This document shows, one piece after another, positions 19,304 through 29,233 of a stretch of 64,000 nucleotides of DNA (position 1 is the stretch's first letter; each line of letters starts with the position of its first letter). Source of the stretch: an uncultured Candidatus Saccharibacteria bacterium (lineage in GTDB: Bacteria > Patescibacteriota > Minisyncoccia > Phycocordibacterales > UBA918); the NCBI GenBank assembly GCA_964601615.1, contig CAZRNZ010000001.1, positions 7,658-71,657 on the forward strand, given 5' to 3'. The notes below the pieces were generated by a model. The model was not told where the DNA came from and ran no database searches. It saw only the letters and a program-made list of their open reading frames with translations. The translations under genes and the position numbers were made by a program.

Positions 19304-19738
19304 TTATTCGATACTGATAAGTATGATTCCTTTATTTTTCCCGTAAATCAATTCAACCTGATGTTCACCTGTGGTTTTGATTTGGTCCTGGATTTTTAGC
19401 ATCTTTGGATCAATATCGATATCTTGTTTTTGAGCCGCTTCGATAATTATTTCTGGTTTTAGGGCAGCAAACAAATGTCCGTTGTCGTTTTTAAGGCCAC
19501 TGATTTTAATCACTACCTCTTCCAGCTTCTTCTTGGTGGCAAAGAAAAGTTCTTCAGTTGCTTTTTCTTTGTTCTCAGCTTGTTTATGAAAATTTGAAAT
19601 ATTTTTTAAATTTTCTGGTGTCGCTGGTTTAGCAAGACCTTTTGGTATTAATTGGTTCTGGGCGTATCCGTCTGGAACTTCAGTAATCGAATGTCGTTTA
19701 CCTATTTTCGCCACGTCTCTTAAAAGAATTACCTTCAT
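19304..19738 (-). CDS. rplI: 50S ribosomal protein L9.
   Basis: MKVILLRDVAKIGKRHSITEVPDGYAQNQLIP N-terminus. Confidence 0.85.
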   Translation of the reverse strand: MKVILLRDVAKIGKRHSITEVPDGYAQNQLIPKGLAKPATPENLKNISNFHKQAENKEKATEELFFATKKKLEEVVIKISGLKNDNGHLFAALKPEIIIEAAQKQDIDIDPKMLKIQDQIKTTGEHQVELIYGKNKGIILISIE

Positions 19739-19767
19739 AGCAAAATCACTATATCATGAACAGAAAA

Positions 19768-19802
19768 CTCCCGCACGGCCGCCTTTGGCGGCCGTGCGGG
19801 AG
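19768..19802 (-). terminator. Strong hairpin terminator after the S41 protease gene, immediately upstream of rplI.
   Basis: ctcccgcacggccgcc-tttg-gcggccgtgcgggag with a T-tract on the minus strand. Confidence 0.65.
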
Positions 19803-19811
19803 AATTTTCTA

Positions 19812-21101
19812 CTAAAACTGAAACCCTATTTTCTCTGCTAAATCCTTCTCTCCATTTAGCCATTTGATAGCAGATTCTTGCTGCGAATCTTTGCCTTTGG
19901 CTAATTCCTCTGGAGTTCGAATTACCTTTATTTTGGGCTCCAAACCACCTTCTGAGAATGAAACTCCTTCTGGGGTTAACCATCGAGCAATAGTTACTTT
20001 CAATGCAGAAGAATCTGGCAAACTTACTAATTCTTGTACTGAACCCTTTCCAAAAGTATTGTCACCAATAGTAGTTGCAGCTCCGTGTTCAGAGAGTGCC
20101 CCAGCCAAAATTTCAGATGCTGATGCAGAACCGCCATCAATCAAAACTACAAAATTATCAGGATCAATGTTTACTATCTGTACAGTGGATGTGCGATAAA
20201 CTTGTTCTTTATCATCACCAAAACTTTCGCGCACAACAACTTTTCCTTGTGGCATAAAGTAGCCAGCAATATTTACAGCGCTCTCTAGATATCCTCCCGG
20301 ATTACCTCGTAAGTCAAGGATAAGCTTTTCATAATTACTGTTTTTGAATTCTAGAATTGCTTCACGCATCTTAGATTCAGCTAATGCGTTGAAGCTAAAT
20401 AATCTAATGATGAACACATCTCCCTCTTTCTCGATTTCTATAGTTGGAATATTTATTGTGTCACGAGTAATTTTCTTTTCTAAGAACTCACTAGTTGATT
20501 GTCGGTAAATGGTCAGAGTAACTTCGGTGCCACGATCACCACGGATTAGCTTTACAGCCTGATCCACTAGCATTTTTTCTGTAGTCTGGTCATCAATTTT
20601 TGTGATGATGTCACCAGATTGAATTCCTGCTTTTTCAGCCGGAGAATCTGGTAGTGGACTAATAATGGTGATAACACTATTACGCATACCTACTTCCATA
20701 CCAACACCACTGAAGTTTCCAGAAATATCTTCAGCAAAATAAGCAGCATCAGCTGGTGGCATGAAAACTGTATAAGGGTCGCCATAACTTTCTACCAAGC
20801 CAGCAATCGCTCCTTGGATACGAGTGGTTTTATCAGGTCTTTCTGAGCTAGAAACAAACTTATTTTCTAGAATATTCCAAACGCGCCAAAATTCTTTTAA
20901 GTCGGCGTCTTGGTCAGGTTTAGCTGAGGGAGAAAGAAAACTAAACAAACCAGCCTCAAGAGATACTTCATTAGGCATCCCTTTTCCTATTTCTATACCA
21001 GATACAAAAGCTGCACTACTTAATAGAATAGCCAGGGTTACTCCTAGTAGTTTGTTGGTCTTTTTTGATTTATTTTCTTGCTCTTTTTCCATGTGGGTCA
21101 T
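19812..21101 (-). CDS. Carboxyl-terminal processing protease (S41) with a PDZ domain.
   Basis: PDZ region, S41 core 'RGNPGG' and GSASASE motifs. N-terminal TM segment. Confidence 0.8.
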   Translation of the reverse strand: MTHMEKEQENKSKKTNKLLGVTLAILLSSAAFVSGIEIGKGMPNEVSLEAGLFSFLSPSAKPDQDADLKEFWRVWNILENKFVSSSERPDKTTRIQGAIAGLVESYGDPYTVFMPPADAAYFAEDISGNFSGVGMEVGMRNSVITIISPLPDSPAEKAGIQSGDIITKIDDQTTEKMLVDQAVKLIRGDRGTEVTLTIYRQSTSEFLEKKITRDTINIPTIEIEKEGDVFIIRLFSFNALAESKMREAILEFKNSNYEKLILDLRGNPGGYLESAVNIAGYFMPQGKVVVRESFGDDKEQVYRTSTVQIVNIDPDNFVVLIDGGSASASEILAGALSEHGAATTIGDNTFGKGSVQELVSLPDSSALKVTIARWLTPEGVSFSEGGLEPKIKVIRTPEELAKGKDSQQESAIKWLNGEKDLAEKIGFQF

Positions 21102-21164
21102 TATCGCATATAGTCGGAAAACCTAGAAGTGAGAACTTTATGTGCTATAAAACCTCTTAATAAT

Positions 21165-21173
21165 TGTTATAAT
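21165..21173 (+). promoter_or_regulatory. Extended -10 promoter element (TGtTATAAT) upstream of cysS.
   Basis: ttgttataat lies 10-18 nt before the likely ATG at 21183. Confidence 0.35.
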
Positions 21174-21182
21174 ACAGTCTAT

Positions 21183-22628
21183 ATGTTTAGTTTGTTTAGA
21201 TCAGCTCCAGTAAATCAGCCTGTATTTTTGTACAATTCTGCCACTGGAAAGAAAGAAGAATTCAAGCCATTAAAAGCTGGTCATCTAACTATGTATAGCT
21301 GTGGTCCGACTGTTTATGACCATATTCATGTTGGTAATCTACGCTCATATCTCTTGCCAGATTTGCTTACTCGCCTATTTCTCTATAATGGTTACAAAAT
21401 TAAATCAGTAATTAACTTTACTGACTTTGGTCATTTGAGTGACGATGGAGATGATGGTGAAGATAAGATGGTAAAAGGTATGAAGCGTGATGGTTATGAA
21501 ATTACGCTTGAAAATATGCGGACTTTTTCTGAACCATATATTGATTCTTTTAAGTCTGACAATTTAGTTTTTGGAAATCTGCCGCCAACTGTATATACCA
21601 GAGCGAGTGATTATGTGCGTCAGCAGATTGCTCTTATTCGCGCGCTAGAAGAAAAAGGTTACGCTTACAAAATATCAGATGGAATTTATTTTGATATTTC
21701 TCGCTTCCCTTCCTATGGTGTTTTAGGGAATGTTGATATTGAAAAAATGAAAGCTGGCGCTCGCGTAGAAGTAAATCTAGAGAAAAAACATCCAGCTGAC
21801 TTTGCACTGTGGAAGTTTAGTGATTTAGGTTGGGAAAGTCGTTGGGGTAAAGGATTCCCTGGTTGGCATATTGAGTGTACCGCTATGGCTTTTGCTGAAC
21901 TCGGTAAGCAGATCGATATTCATACTGGTGGAGAGGATTTAAAATATACGCACCATAACGGTGAAATAGCGCAGGCAGAATCTGCTACTGGAAAGAAATA
22001 TGTCGGTTATTGGCTGCACAATTCTCACGTTACGATAGATAAAAATAAGATTGCCAAATCTGCTGGAAATGGAATTCGCTTAAAACAATTGGCTGATCGT
22101 GGTTATTCCCCTGCTGATTATCGTTTTTGGTTGCTGCAAAGTCACTATCGCACAACTGCTAATTTTACTTGGGATGCTTTAGAGGCTGCAAAACAAGGAT
22201 TGATTCGTTTACGTCGTTTGGTTTATGAAGAGTTGGGTGGTGAACGGCCATCACAAATTGATGAGAAATATATAAATAAATTTGTAGCTGCCATTTCTGA
22301 TGATCTTGATACTCCAAAGGCTTTGGCGATTTTGGCAGATTTAGCTAAAGATAATTCAGTTTCTCCAGCTAATAAATTGGCTACTATTCATTCATTTGAT
22401 TCTTTGTTGTCCCTTGGTTTATCAAAAAATACTGAAGATGGTTTGGCTGAACTTGGTATTGTGCAGGTACAAGACCTGCCTGATGAAATACTTTTACTTC
22501 TTTCAAAAAGAGAAAATGCTCGCGTGGCAAAAGATTTTGCTGAGTCAGATCGCTTGCGTGATCTGCTAAAAGAAAAAGGTTTTGAAGTAAAAGATACCTC
22601 AAAAGGCCAGGAAATAATTAAGCTATAG
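21183..22628 (+). CDS. cysS: Cysteinyl-tRNA synthetase. The start is taken at the ATG at 21183; the track ORF begins at an upstream GTG at 21129.
   Basis: HIGH-type 'DHIHVGN' and 'GWHIECTAM' motifs, and a KMSKS-type 'KIAKSAGN'. Confidence 0.85.
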   Translation: MFSLFRSAPVNQPVFLYNSATGKKEEFKPLKAGHLTMYSCGPTVYDHIHVGNLRSYLLPDLLTRLFLYNGYKIKSVINFTDFGHLSDDGDDGEDKMVKGMKRDGYEITLENMRTFSEPYIDSFKSDNLVFGNLPPTVYTRASDYVRQQIALIRALEEKGYAYKISDGIYFDISRFPSYGVLGNVDIEKMKAGARVEVNLEKKHPADFALWKFSDLGWESRWGKGFPGWHIECTAMAFAELGKQIDIHTGGEDLKYTHHNGEIAQAESATGKKYVGYWLHNSHVTIDKNKIAKSAGNGIRLKQLADRGYSPADYRFWLLQSHYRTTANFTWDALEAAKQGLIRLRRLVYEELGGERPSQIDEKYINKFVAAISDDLDTPKALAILADLAKDNSVSPANKLATIHSFDSLLSLGLSKNTEDGLAELGIVQVQDLPDEILLLLSKRENARVAKDFAESDRLRDLLKEKGFEVKDTSKGQEIIKL

Positions 22629-22637
22629 ACATATCCA

Positions 22638-22856
22638 TTGTTCGTGTTATTGTTTTGGACGAATAAAACCTTAACAAGGAGAAGTACTTTGGACTGGAAA
22701 CTACTTATTTTGTCATGCGTTCCTCTGATTATTGTTGCAGCTATTTTGGTTATTAAGATTATGGCTGGTAACAAATATGTCGCGAGGAGAGCTATTTCTG
22801 TTTGTGCTCACGAAGGCGTCGGCGATGGTCCTTGTCCGATTTGTGACAAGAATTAA
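22638..22856 (+). CDS. Possible small membrane protein between cysS and its terminator.
   Basis: One TM segment. C-terminal CPICDKN. Confidence 0.3.
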   Translation: MFVLLFWTNKTLTRRSTLDWKLLILSCVPLIIVAAILVIKIMAGNKYVARRAISVCAHEGVGDGPCPICDKN

Positions 22857-22930
22857 TATTAGCACCAGCATGTTTTCATGTTGGTGCTTTGTTTTTTCTA
22901 CTTATCCACTTTGTCCCCAAAGTCCACAGT

Positions 22931-22963
22931 AGGCGGCCGCTTCGCGGCCGCCTTTCTTTTTTG
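22931..22963 (+). terminator. Rho-independent terminator.
   Basis: aggcggccgc-ttcg-cggccgcct followed by ttcttttttg. Confidence 0.7.
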
Positions 22964-22976
22964 TTAAAATACTCTC

Positions 22977-24371
22977 ATGACCAATACTGATCGTCGCCTA
23001 CGCACTCCCCCACATAACGTGGATGCAGAAAAAGCATTGCTTGGAGCTATTATTTTAAAGCCAGAAGTAATGCATGATGTTTCTGCTGATATTCGTCCAG
23101 AAACTTTTTATGCTGATAAACATCGAGAAATCTATCGAGCAATTTTTGAAATATTTACCAAGGGTGACCCAATTGACCTTCTTTCTGTTTCGACAAAATT
23201 AAAGAGTGTCGGACAGCTAGATAGAATTGGTGGCGCTGCTTATTTGGCAGAGTTACTTGAAGCTGTTCCTGCTGCCGGTAACGCTCTTTACTACTCTTCT
23301 GAGGTGCATAACAAATCAATGCTTCGCGGCCTTATTCATGCGGCTGATGACATTGCTGAATTGGGTTATTCTGATCCAGAAAATATCGACGCCGCTCTTG
23401 ATCAGGCTGAGAAAAAGGTTTACGAAGTTACTAATCAAACTACTGCACAAAAGTTCGTTACTATTGGTTCTGCCCTTACTGAAGCTTGGGATCGTTTTGA
23501 ACACTTGAGTGCCAACCAGGAGGATATTAGAGGTGTGCCAACTGGTTTCGCTTCAGTAGATAATATTTTAGCTGGTCTACAAAAATCGGACTTAATTATT
23601 TTGGCTGCTCGTCCTTCTGTGGGTAAGACTACTTTTGCGTTGGATTTGGCTCGTAATGCAGCCGTACAATACAAAAAGTCAGTTGGTATCTTTTCTCTAG
23701 AGATGGGTGCGCAGCAGCTGGTTGACCGTATGTTGGCTTCTGAAGCGGGTGTGGACTCTTGGAAACTTCGTACCGGACGTTTGAAGACAGATCAAGAATT
23801 TGAAGCTGTACAAGCAGCCATGGCACGTTTGTCTGAAGCTTCTATTCATATCGACGATCAGCCTGGAACAAACATCCTTAAGATGCGATCTTCCGCTCGT
23901 CGTCTTCACAACGAGCATGGATTGGATTTGTTGATTGTAGATTATCTTCAATTGATGTCCCCTACCGCTACCAAAGCCAGTGATTCGATGGTACAGCAAG
24001 TTACCGAGATTTCTCGTTCATTAAAGATTCTCGCTCGTGAATTGAACGTACCAGTTTTAGCTCTATCACAGCTTTCTCGTGCAGTAGAACAACGCGGTGG
24101 ACGTCCGCGTCTTTCTGACTTGCGTGACTCTGGTTCTATCGAACAGGACGCCGACGTGGTGATGTTTATTCACCGTGAAGATAAGATAAATAAAGAATCA
24201 GAGAGACCAAATATTGCTGAAATTTTGGTAGAAAAACACCGTAACGGTCCTGTTGGTTCAGCTGAGCTTTACTTCGATGGTAAGCATGTTCGTTTCTTAA
24301 ACCTTGATAACAATCACAACTCTACCGGTGCTGAGGCCGCTTTTTCTGCTGCATCCAACGATGATTTCTAA
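22977..24371 (+). CDS. dnaB: Replicative DNA helicase DnaB.
   Basis: N-terminal DnaB domain. Walker A 'ARPSVGKTTFALD'. RecA-like C-terminus. Confidence 0.9.
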   Translation: MTNTDRRLRTPPHNVDAEKALLGAIILKPEVMHDVSADIRPETFYADKHREIYRAIFEIFTKGDPIDLLSVSTKLKSVGQLDRIGGAAYLAELLEAVPAAGNALYYSSEVHNKSMLRGLIHAADDIAELGYSDPENIDAALDQAEKKVYEVTNQTTAQKFVTIGSALTEAWDRFEHLSANQEDIRGVPTGFASVDNILAGLQKSDLIILAARPSVGKTTFALDLARNAAVQYKKSVGIFSLEMGAQQLVDRMLASEAGVDSWKLRTGRLKTDQEFEAVQAAMARLSEASIHIDDQPGTNILKMRSSARRLHNEHGLDLLIVDYLQLMSPTATKASDSMVQQVTEISRSLKILARELNVPVLALSQLSRAVEQRGGRPRLSDLRDSGSIEQDADVVMFIHREDKINKESERPNIAEILVEKHRNGPVGSAELYFDGKHVRFLNLDNNHNSTGAEAAFSAASNDDF

Positions 24372-24382
24372 TTATTTTTCTC

Positions 24383-25000
24383 ATGAATCCTCTCGATAAA
24401 TTGATAACCTATTTTGAGCAATTTCCTGGAATCGGTGCTCGCCAAGCACGCCGCTTTGCTTTTCATGTTTTGACTATGAGAGAACCAGAAATTGAAGAAT
24501 TTTCTGAGTTAATAAAAAACTTGAAAGGATCAGTTACTGAGTGTGCTTCCTGTCGTCGGTTTTTTGCTAGAAATGCTGGACGTACAGATTTGTGTGATAT
24601 CTGTTCTGATGGTAGTCGTGACCAAGCCAAGCTTCTGGTGGTTGAACGAGATATTGATATTCGTTCTATCGAGCGTAGTGGTGTTTATGATGGTCTTTAT
24701 TTTGTACTTGGCGGAACCGTACCTCTTTTGGAATCAAAAGAAAATTCTAAACTTCGAGGTGGTGGTTTGAAGCAAGTTGTTGAAGTACGTCTCCCTGCTG
24801 GACTCAATGAGGTTATATTAGGATTTTCGGTTAATCCTGATGGTGAAAATACAAGTCGTTTTGTGGAATCAATCATCAAAGGAATTGAAGGTACTGATAA
24901 AATAAAGATATCTCACCTAGGTCGTGGACTCTCAACTGGAAGTGAGCTTGAGTACGCAGACCCAGAGACTCTTAAGAATGCCTTGCAAAATCGGTATTAA
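24383..25000 (+). CDS. recR: Recombination protein RecR.
   Basis: C4 zinc finger 'CASCRRF...CDICSD' plus a Toprim domain. Confidence 0.9.
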   Translation: MNPLDKLITYFEQFPGIGARQARRFAFHVLTMREPEIEEFSELIKNLKGSVTECASCRRFFARNAGRTDLCDICSDGSRDQAKLLVVERDIDIRSIERSGVYDGLYFVLGGTVPLLESKENSKLRGGGLKQVVEVRLPAGLNEVILGFSVNPDGENTSRFVESIIKGIEGTDKIKISHLGRGLSTGSELEYADPETLKNALQNRY

Positions 25001-25061
25001 TGTGTTATTATTGTATAAGTTAACAGGAGGCGTTAGGCAGACCAACTAAAAGGTAGCTCCA

Positions 25062-25361
25062 ATGGTCAATGACTTAACACCAGCAAATGACAATCTCCAA
25101 ATGGTTGTCTATCAAAAGTTCCAAAAAGTAGAATTATTCTACGTTAGTATATATCTATGGCATTGTGTTGGTTTGAGTCGTATAGACATTCCAACATGGT
25201 GCTGGAGAATAGAACCTTTTATATTAAGGCGAAAATATAGTGAGGATTTCGCCTTAGATTTGCTTGTGCGATCTTATGAATGGTTCGGCACCCTGTCTGA
25301 AAATCAAAAAAAATTCTTACGCCAACTTTGGGAAGAAAGTACTCCTCAGTTAGTTGCATAA
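25062..25361 (+). CDS. Hypothetical protein.
   Basis: ORF followed by its own GC hairpin and T-tract at 25371-25399. Confidence 0.4.
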   Translation: MVNDLTPANDNLQMVVYQKFQKVELFYVSIYLWHCVGLSRIDIPTWCWRIEPFILRRKYSEDFALDLLVRSYEWFGTLSENQKKFLRQLWEESTPQLVA

Positions 25362-25370
25362 CAATTATTA

Positions 25371-25399
25371 TCCGGCCGCGCAGCGACCGGATTTTTTAT
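25371..25399 (+). terminator. Terminator-like GC hairpin with T-tract.
   Basis: tccggccgcgcagcgaccgga followed by ttttttata. Confidence 0.5.
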
Positions 25400-25471
25400 A
25401 ATTTATATTGACTTTATCTGTTTTTTATGCTACTATATTGGAAGGATAATCTATTCTAATTCAAGAAGAAC

Positions 25472-25786
25472 TTGTTGGTTAGTATGGAGTCGAAAATGAG
25501 ATCTTTAGAAACTGATGAATCAGACGAACCAAGGGATACTTTGGTACCTGAAGAACACATCTACGCCATTCTTTCTTGGTTTCTTGAAGAAATCTATTAC
25601 GGTGGTGGTATGACTGTGATCGACTTAGATTGTCACATTGGTGACAGTCTTCGCACCACTCTCTATCCGCGCAGTGTGGTGGAGTATTGGTTGCATCGCT
25701 CCGGTGTCGATAAATGGCAACCAAAGCCTAGCTCGATGATTGTCGCGACATATCGTCATGTTACTCAACTTCGTCTGGTTGCTTAA
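25472..25786 (+). CDS. Hypothetical protein.
   Basis: ORF with a downstream terminator. Confidence 0.4.
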   Translation: MLVSMESKMRSLETDESDEPRDTLVPEEHIYAILSWFLEEIYYGGGMTVIDLDCHIGDSLRTTLYPRSVVEYWLHRSGVDKWQPKPSSMIVATYRHVTQLRLVA

Positions 25787-25801
25787 GATGTACAAAAGAA
25801 T

Positions 25802-25837
25802 ACCGCTGAACCTTTTATGGCTCAGCGGTTTTATTTT
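25802..25837 (+). terminator. Rho-independent terminator.
   Basis: accgctgaacc-tttta-tggctcagcggt followed by tttatttt. Confidence 0.55.
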
Positions 25838-25846
25838 GTCTTAAAC

Positions 25847-25875
25847 AAAAATCCTCACTTTTGAGTGAGGATTTT
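25847..25875 (-). terminator. Terminator for rplU (bidirectional hairpin).
   Basis: aaaatcctcac-ttttga-gtgaggatttt. Confidence 0.6.
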
Positions 25876-25877
25876 GA

Positions 25878-26213
25878 TTACTTGATTGAAGTGATTTCAA
25901 CGCGTGAGTATTTTTGACGATGACCTAGTTTACGGTCACGGTTGCTCTTAGCCTTGTAACGGATGATTGTGATCTTTGGACCTTTCTTAAGTCCTAGATA
26001 ATTTCCTGTTACCTTAGCTCCGTCAATGTGTGGAGTGCCGATTGTGGCAGCCTTACCATCATCTGAAAGAAGTACCTTATCAAAAGTTACTTTGTCGCCT
26101 TCTGAGTAATCACCCAAAAGTTCAACATCAATGATGTCTCCAACTGATACTGCGTATTGCTTGCCACCTGTCTCGATAACAGCAAAATCGGTTTGTAGCT
26201 CTTTTTTAGCCAT
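25878..26213 (-). CDS. rplU: 50S ribosomal protein L21. The start is taken at the internal ATG (MAKKELQTDFAVIETGGKQY); the track ORF begins at an upstream TTG.
   Basis: AVIETGGKQY..V..GD...V is a canonical L21 N-terminus. Confidence 0.85.
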   Translation of the reverse strand: MAKKELQTDFAVIETGGKQYAVSVGDIIDVELLGDYSEGDKVTFDKVLLSDDGKAATIGTPHIDGAKVTGNYLGLKKGPKITIIRYKAKSNRDRKLGHRQKYSRVEITSIK

Positions 26214-26322
26214 AATGCCGGCAATACTACCTGAAATATGGATATTTTGCAATAGGCTTCTAAAATATTAATTTTTCTAATTAATATGCTATATTTCACT
26301 AGTTTCGTACCAGGAGAAAATA

Positions 26323-26511
26323 ATGTCTAGTACCAGAAAGCAGAAACTTCGTCAAAGAAATCGTTGGAAGGGGTTGCTCGTGATGACTAATCCCGTAGAG
26401 CGTGCAAAACACAATGGAATTGCCGAGCACGATACGAGCTTTCGCAAGAGACGTTGGTTAAAAAGAGGTGGTGATGCTACTAATTGGATGGCACCTCTCT
26501 ATCGTACTTAA
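26323..26511 (+). CDS. Small arginine/lysine-rich hypothetical protein (62 aa).
   Basis: ORF immediately followed by a strong terminator at 26521-26545. Confidence 0.4.
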   Translation: MSSTRKQKLRQRNRWKGLLVMTNPVERAKHNGIAEHDTSFRKRRWLKRGGDATNWMAPLYRT

Positions 26512-26520
26512 TATCAATAA

Positions 26521-26545
26521 AAAGCGCCCATGGGCGCTTTTTCTT
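26521..26545. terminator. Bidirectional terminator.
   Basis: aaaagcgccca-tgggcgcttttt. Confidence 0.65.
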
Positions 26546-27599
26546 AATCCTCGTCTAGTTTATTAGGTTTTTCGATAGTCAGGATATCTACCCCACCTGC
26601 TTCACCGGTAATACGAGTCACATCCTTATCCATCTTAGCTAGCTCCTTATAGCCGGCATTGTAGTGATTTACTGTTGTAGCTAGCGTATTGCCAAGCTTT
26701 TGGTAGTAATCTTCGTATTTGTTGATGTGGATTCCAAGTTTCTCTACATTCTTGATAATATCCTTGGCTTTTTCTTCAATTTCAAGAGCTTTGAGACCTT
26801 GTAGAACTGTTTGTAGATATGCCAAGAATGAAGTTGGAGAAACAATTATTACCTTGTACTTCCCTGCTGCTCTTTGAATAAGGTTTTCTTCACCACCACC
26901 AACTTTATTTGATAATAGGTCGTAATAAACTCCTTCGGAAGGAATGAACATAAAGGCAAAGTCGGTAGTTCGTTCAGTTGGCTTTATATATTTTGCGGTT
27001 TCAGTAATACGAAGTTTTAGGTCATTTACAAAAGCTTTTTCTAGGGCCGCTCGCTCTCCCGCGTCATTTGCTTCAATTAAACGATTGTAGTTTTCTAGAG
27101 AAAATTTAGAGTCAACTGGAATAACTTTATCTTTCACAAAAACAGCCGCATCAACAATTTCACCATTTTCAAATCCATACTGCATTTGAAAACTTCCTGG
27201 CGGTAAAACATTTTGCAAAACAGTTTCTAGATAATACTCACCAAGAATACCGCGCTGTTTTGGATTTTTGAGAACGTCTTGTAATTGTTTGAGTTGTTCA
27301 GCAAACCCGATTACTTGTTTGTTTGTTTCTCCTAGCTTGGTAAGTCCCTCGGTTACTTCACGAACAATCTTATTTGATTCGCCGAGCTGACTTTGTACTG
27401 ATTCTTGAATGGTGCGATTATTTTCGCTCAATCTGCGGTCCATAGTGTCACGCAGTTTTTCCATTTGTTGTTGCAGAAAAAGTAGACCGTCAGTGTCTTG
27501 TTTTTGTGGCTCCTCTTTCTTTTTTATAAAAGTGGCATAAATCTGGATGGCCAAAATAGTCACCACAGCAACAATAATCAGTATTTGTATTAGTTCCAT
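26544..27599 (-). CDS. rmuC: DNA recombination protein RmuC.
   Basis: N-terminal TM segment, coiled coil, and a C-terminal RmuC nuclease-like domain. Confidence 0.8.
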   Translation of the reverse strand: MELIQILIIVAVVTILAIQIYATFIKKKEEPQKQDTDGLLFLQQQMEKLRDTMDRRLSENNRTIQESVQSQLGESNKIVREVTEGLTKLGETNKQVIGFAEQLKQLQDVLKNPKQRGILGEYYLETVLQNVLPPGSFQMQYGFENGEIVDAAVFVKDKVIPVDSKFSLENYNRLIEANDAGERAALEKAFVNDLKLRITETAKYIKPTERTTDFAFMFIPSEGVYYDLLSNKVGGGEENLIQRAAGKYKVIIVSPTSFLAYLQTVLQGLKALEIEEKAKDIIKNVEKLGIHINKYEDYYQKLGNTLATTVNHYNAGYKELAKMDKDVTRITGEAGGVDILTIEKPNKLDED

Positions 27600-27642
27600 T
27601 TGGCTATTTTAACACGTTAATCTTGGTGGTATAATCGCGGAT

Positions 27643-28101
27643 ATGTCACTACATACAGATATAAAAGCTTCTTTAAAAGAAGCAATGAAGGCTAAGGACG
27701 AGGTAAAGCTCCGAACTGTTCGCGGTATGCTTACCGCTTTTACTAATGAATTAGTTGCTACAGGAAAGACTCCTCAGGATGAGTTGACTGACGACGGAGT
27801 TTTGTCTGTTATTAAGCGTTTGGCAAAGCAAAGAAAAGAATCTATTGTGCAATTCGAGGCTGCTGGTAGAACAGATTTATCTGAACCAGAAAAGGCTGAG
27901 CTTATTGTGCTTGAAGCATATTTACCACAGATGATGTCTCAAGAAGAAATTGAGCCAATTGCTAAGGCAAAGTTGGCTGAGATGGGAGAAGTCGACAAGT
28001 CTAAAATAGGTGTCGTGATTGGTATGCTGATGAAAGAATTTCAAGGAAAAGCCGACGGAGGTGACGTGAAGGCTGTGGTTGAGAAAATATTGCAAAGCTA
28101 G
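27643..28101 (+). CDS. GatB/YqeY domain protein.
   Basis: Typical YqeY sequence (LKEAMKAKD...LRTVRGMLTA). Confidence 0.8.
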   Translation: MSLHTDIKASLKEAMKAKDEVKLRTVRGMLTAFTNELVATGKTPQDELTDDGVLSVIKRLAKQRKESIVQFEAAGRTDLSEPEKAELIVLEAYLPQMMSQEEIEPIAKAKLAEMGEVDKSKIGVVIGMLMKEFQGKADGGDVKAVVEKILQS

Positions 28102-28139
28102 TCTTTTTGCTGTCTAATATAAGAGGTTAGTATTGAATC

Positions 28140-28391
28140 GTGTATCTTTTTCCGGAGGGATTTCCTATGGGAATGCCAGTAAAAGTACAGGAAGCATACG
28201 AGCGTGGTGATTTCGTTGCGATTAGGCGTATGCGGAAGAAATCGACAGACACTAAGCGTATAAAAAAGCAATTGGCTGACAAGCGACGTGACGAGCAAGA
28301 GGCTATTGATGATTTATTTCGGCGAAGAAATGAATTTGATATGTTTTTAAATGCTCGTCAGCGCAACGACCATCTCTTACCAGAAGAATAA
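28140..28391 (+). CDS. Small basic hypothetical protein.
   Basis: ORF with a following hairpin terminator. Confidence 0.35.
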   Translation: MYLFPEGFPMGMPVKVQEAYERGDFVAIRRMRKKSTDTKRIKKQLADKRRDEQEAIDDLFRRRNEFDMFLNARQRNDHLLPEE

Positions 28392-28394
28392 TTA

Positions 28395-28429
28395 AATGCT
28401 CTGCAATTTCAGCAGAGCATTTTCTTTTA
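28395..28429. terminator. Bidirectional terminator between the small ORF and truB.
   Basis: aatgctctgc-aatttca-gcagagcatt followed by ttcttttat. Confidence 0.55.
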
Positions 28430-29233
28430 TAGTTGTTCTGCGTCTTCAACTCTAAAACTAGCAATCTTTGTGCGACGAAGACTTTGTAGTGTAGCAGGAA
28501 ACCCTTTTCCTAATTTCTTATACCGCTTTTGTCGTAGCTGATTAAAATACAAAGCTAATTTATTTAGGCCTAGTTTGGTCATGTTCTCTTCCAATTTTAT
28601 CAGTTGCCTAATGACTAGATTGCTTTGGTTTCCAGTTAATCTATTTCCCAGCTCTTCTCCAAGTGAGCGAATGTAAGTACCACTACCGACTTTGAATCGG
28701 GCTTTTATTATCATTCCCCTATTTTCTCTTTTAATATCTAAAAGCTCAGCTTCATAGATTCTCATTTTTCTAATTGGTAGTTCTGAGTTTGGGATATATT
28801 GTCCGAGAAGCTTTGCTTTGCGGGCTTTTTTGTACATTGGTACACCATTTCTTTTGATGGCAGAAAAAGCTGAAACAGGTAGTGTGAGAATTCCTTGCAT
28901 GGAGTTGATGGTAGCGGAAATTTTTTCAGAGGAAAAAATTTCCGCTACCTCTTCGTCGTTTATTTCCCTTTCTTCTATTACTCTTCCATCTAAATCACCA
29001 CTTTCAGTTTTTTTACCAATCAAAATTTCCGCAACATATTCTTTGTCGAGTTTAATATACTCAGGAAGTTTTTTAGTACCTTTACCAACACCAATTATCA
29101 TCAATCCAGAAGCTAGTGGATCTAGTGTCCCTGCATGCCCCATTTTCTTAATTCCGGTCTTTTTTCTAAGTTGTCTGATTACACCAAAAGAGCTTATTCC
29201 TACTGGTTTATCAATGAAAATAATTTCGTTCAT
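28427..29233 (-). CDS. truB: tRNA pseudouridine(55) synthase TruB.
   Basis: FIDKPVGISSF...GHAGTLDPLASG catalytic Asp motif. Confidence 0.9.
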   Translation of the reverse strand: MNEIIFIDKPVGISSFGVIRQLRKKTGIKKMGHAGTLDPLASGLMIIGVGKGTKKLPEYIKLDKEYVAEILIGKKTESGDLDGRVIEEREINDEEVAEIFSSEKISATINSMQGILTLPVSAFSAIKRNGVPMYKKARKAKLLGQYIPNSELPIRKMRIYEAELLDIKRENRGMIIKARFKVGSGTYIRSLGEELGNRLTGNQSNLVIRQLIKLEENMTKLGLNKLALYFNQLRQKRYKKLGKGFPATLQSLRRTKIASFRVEDAEQL

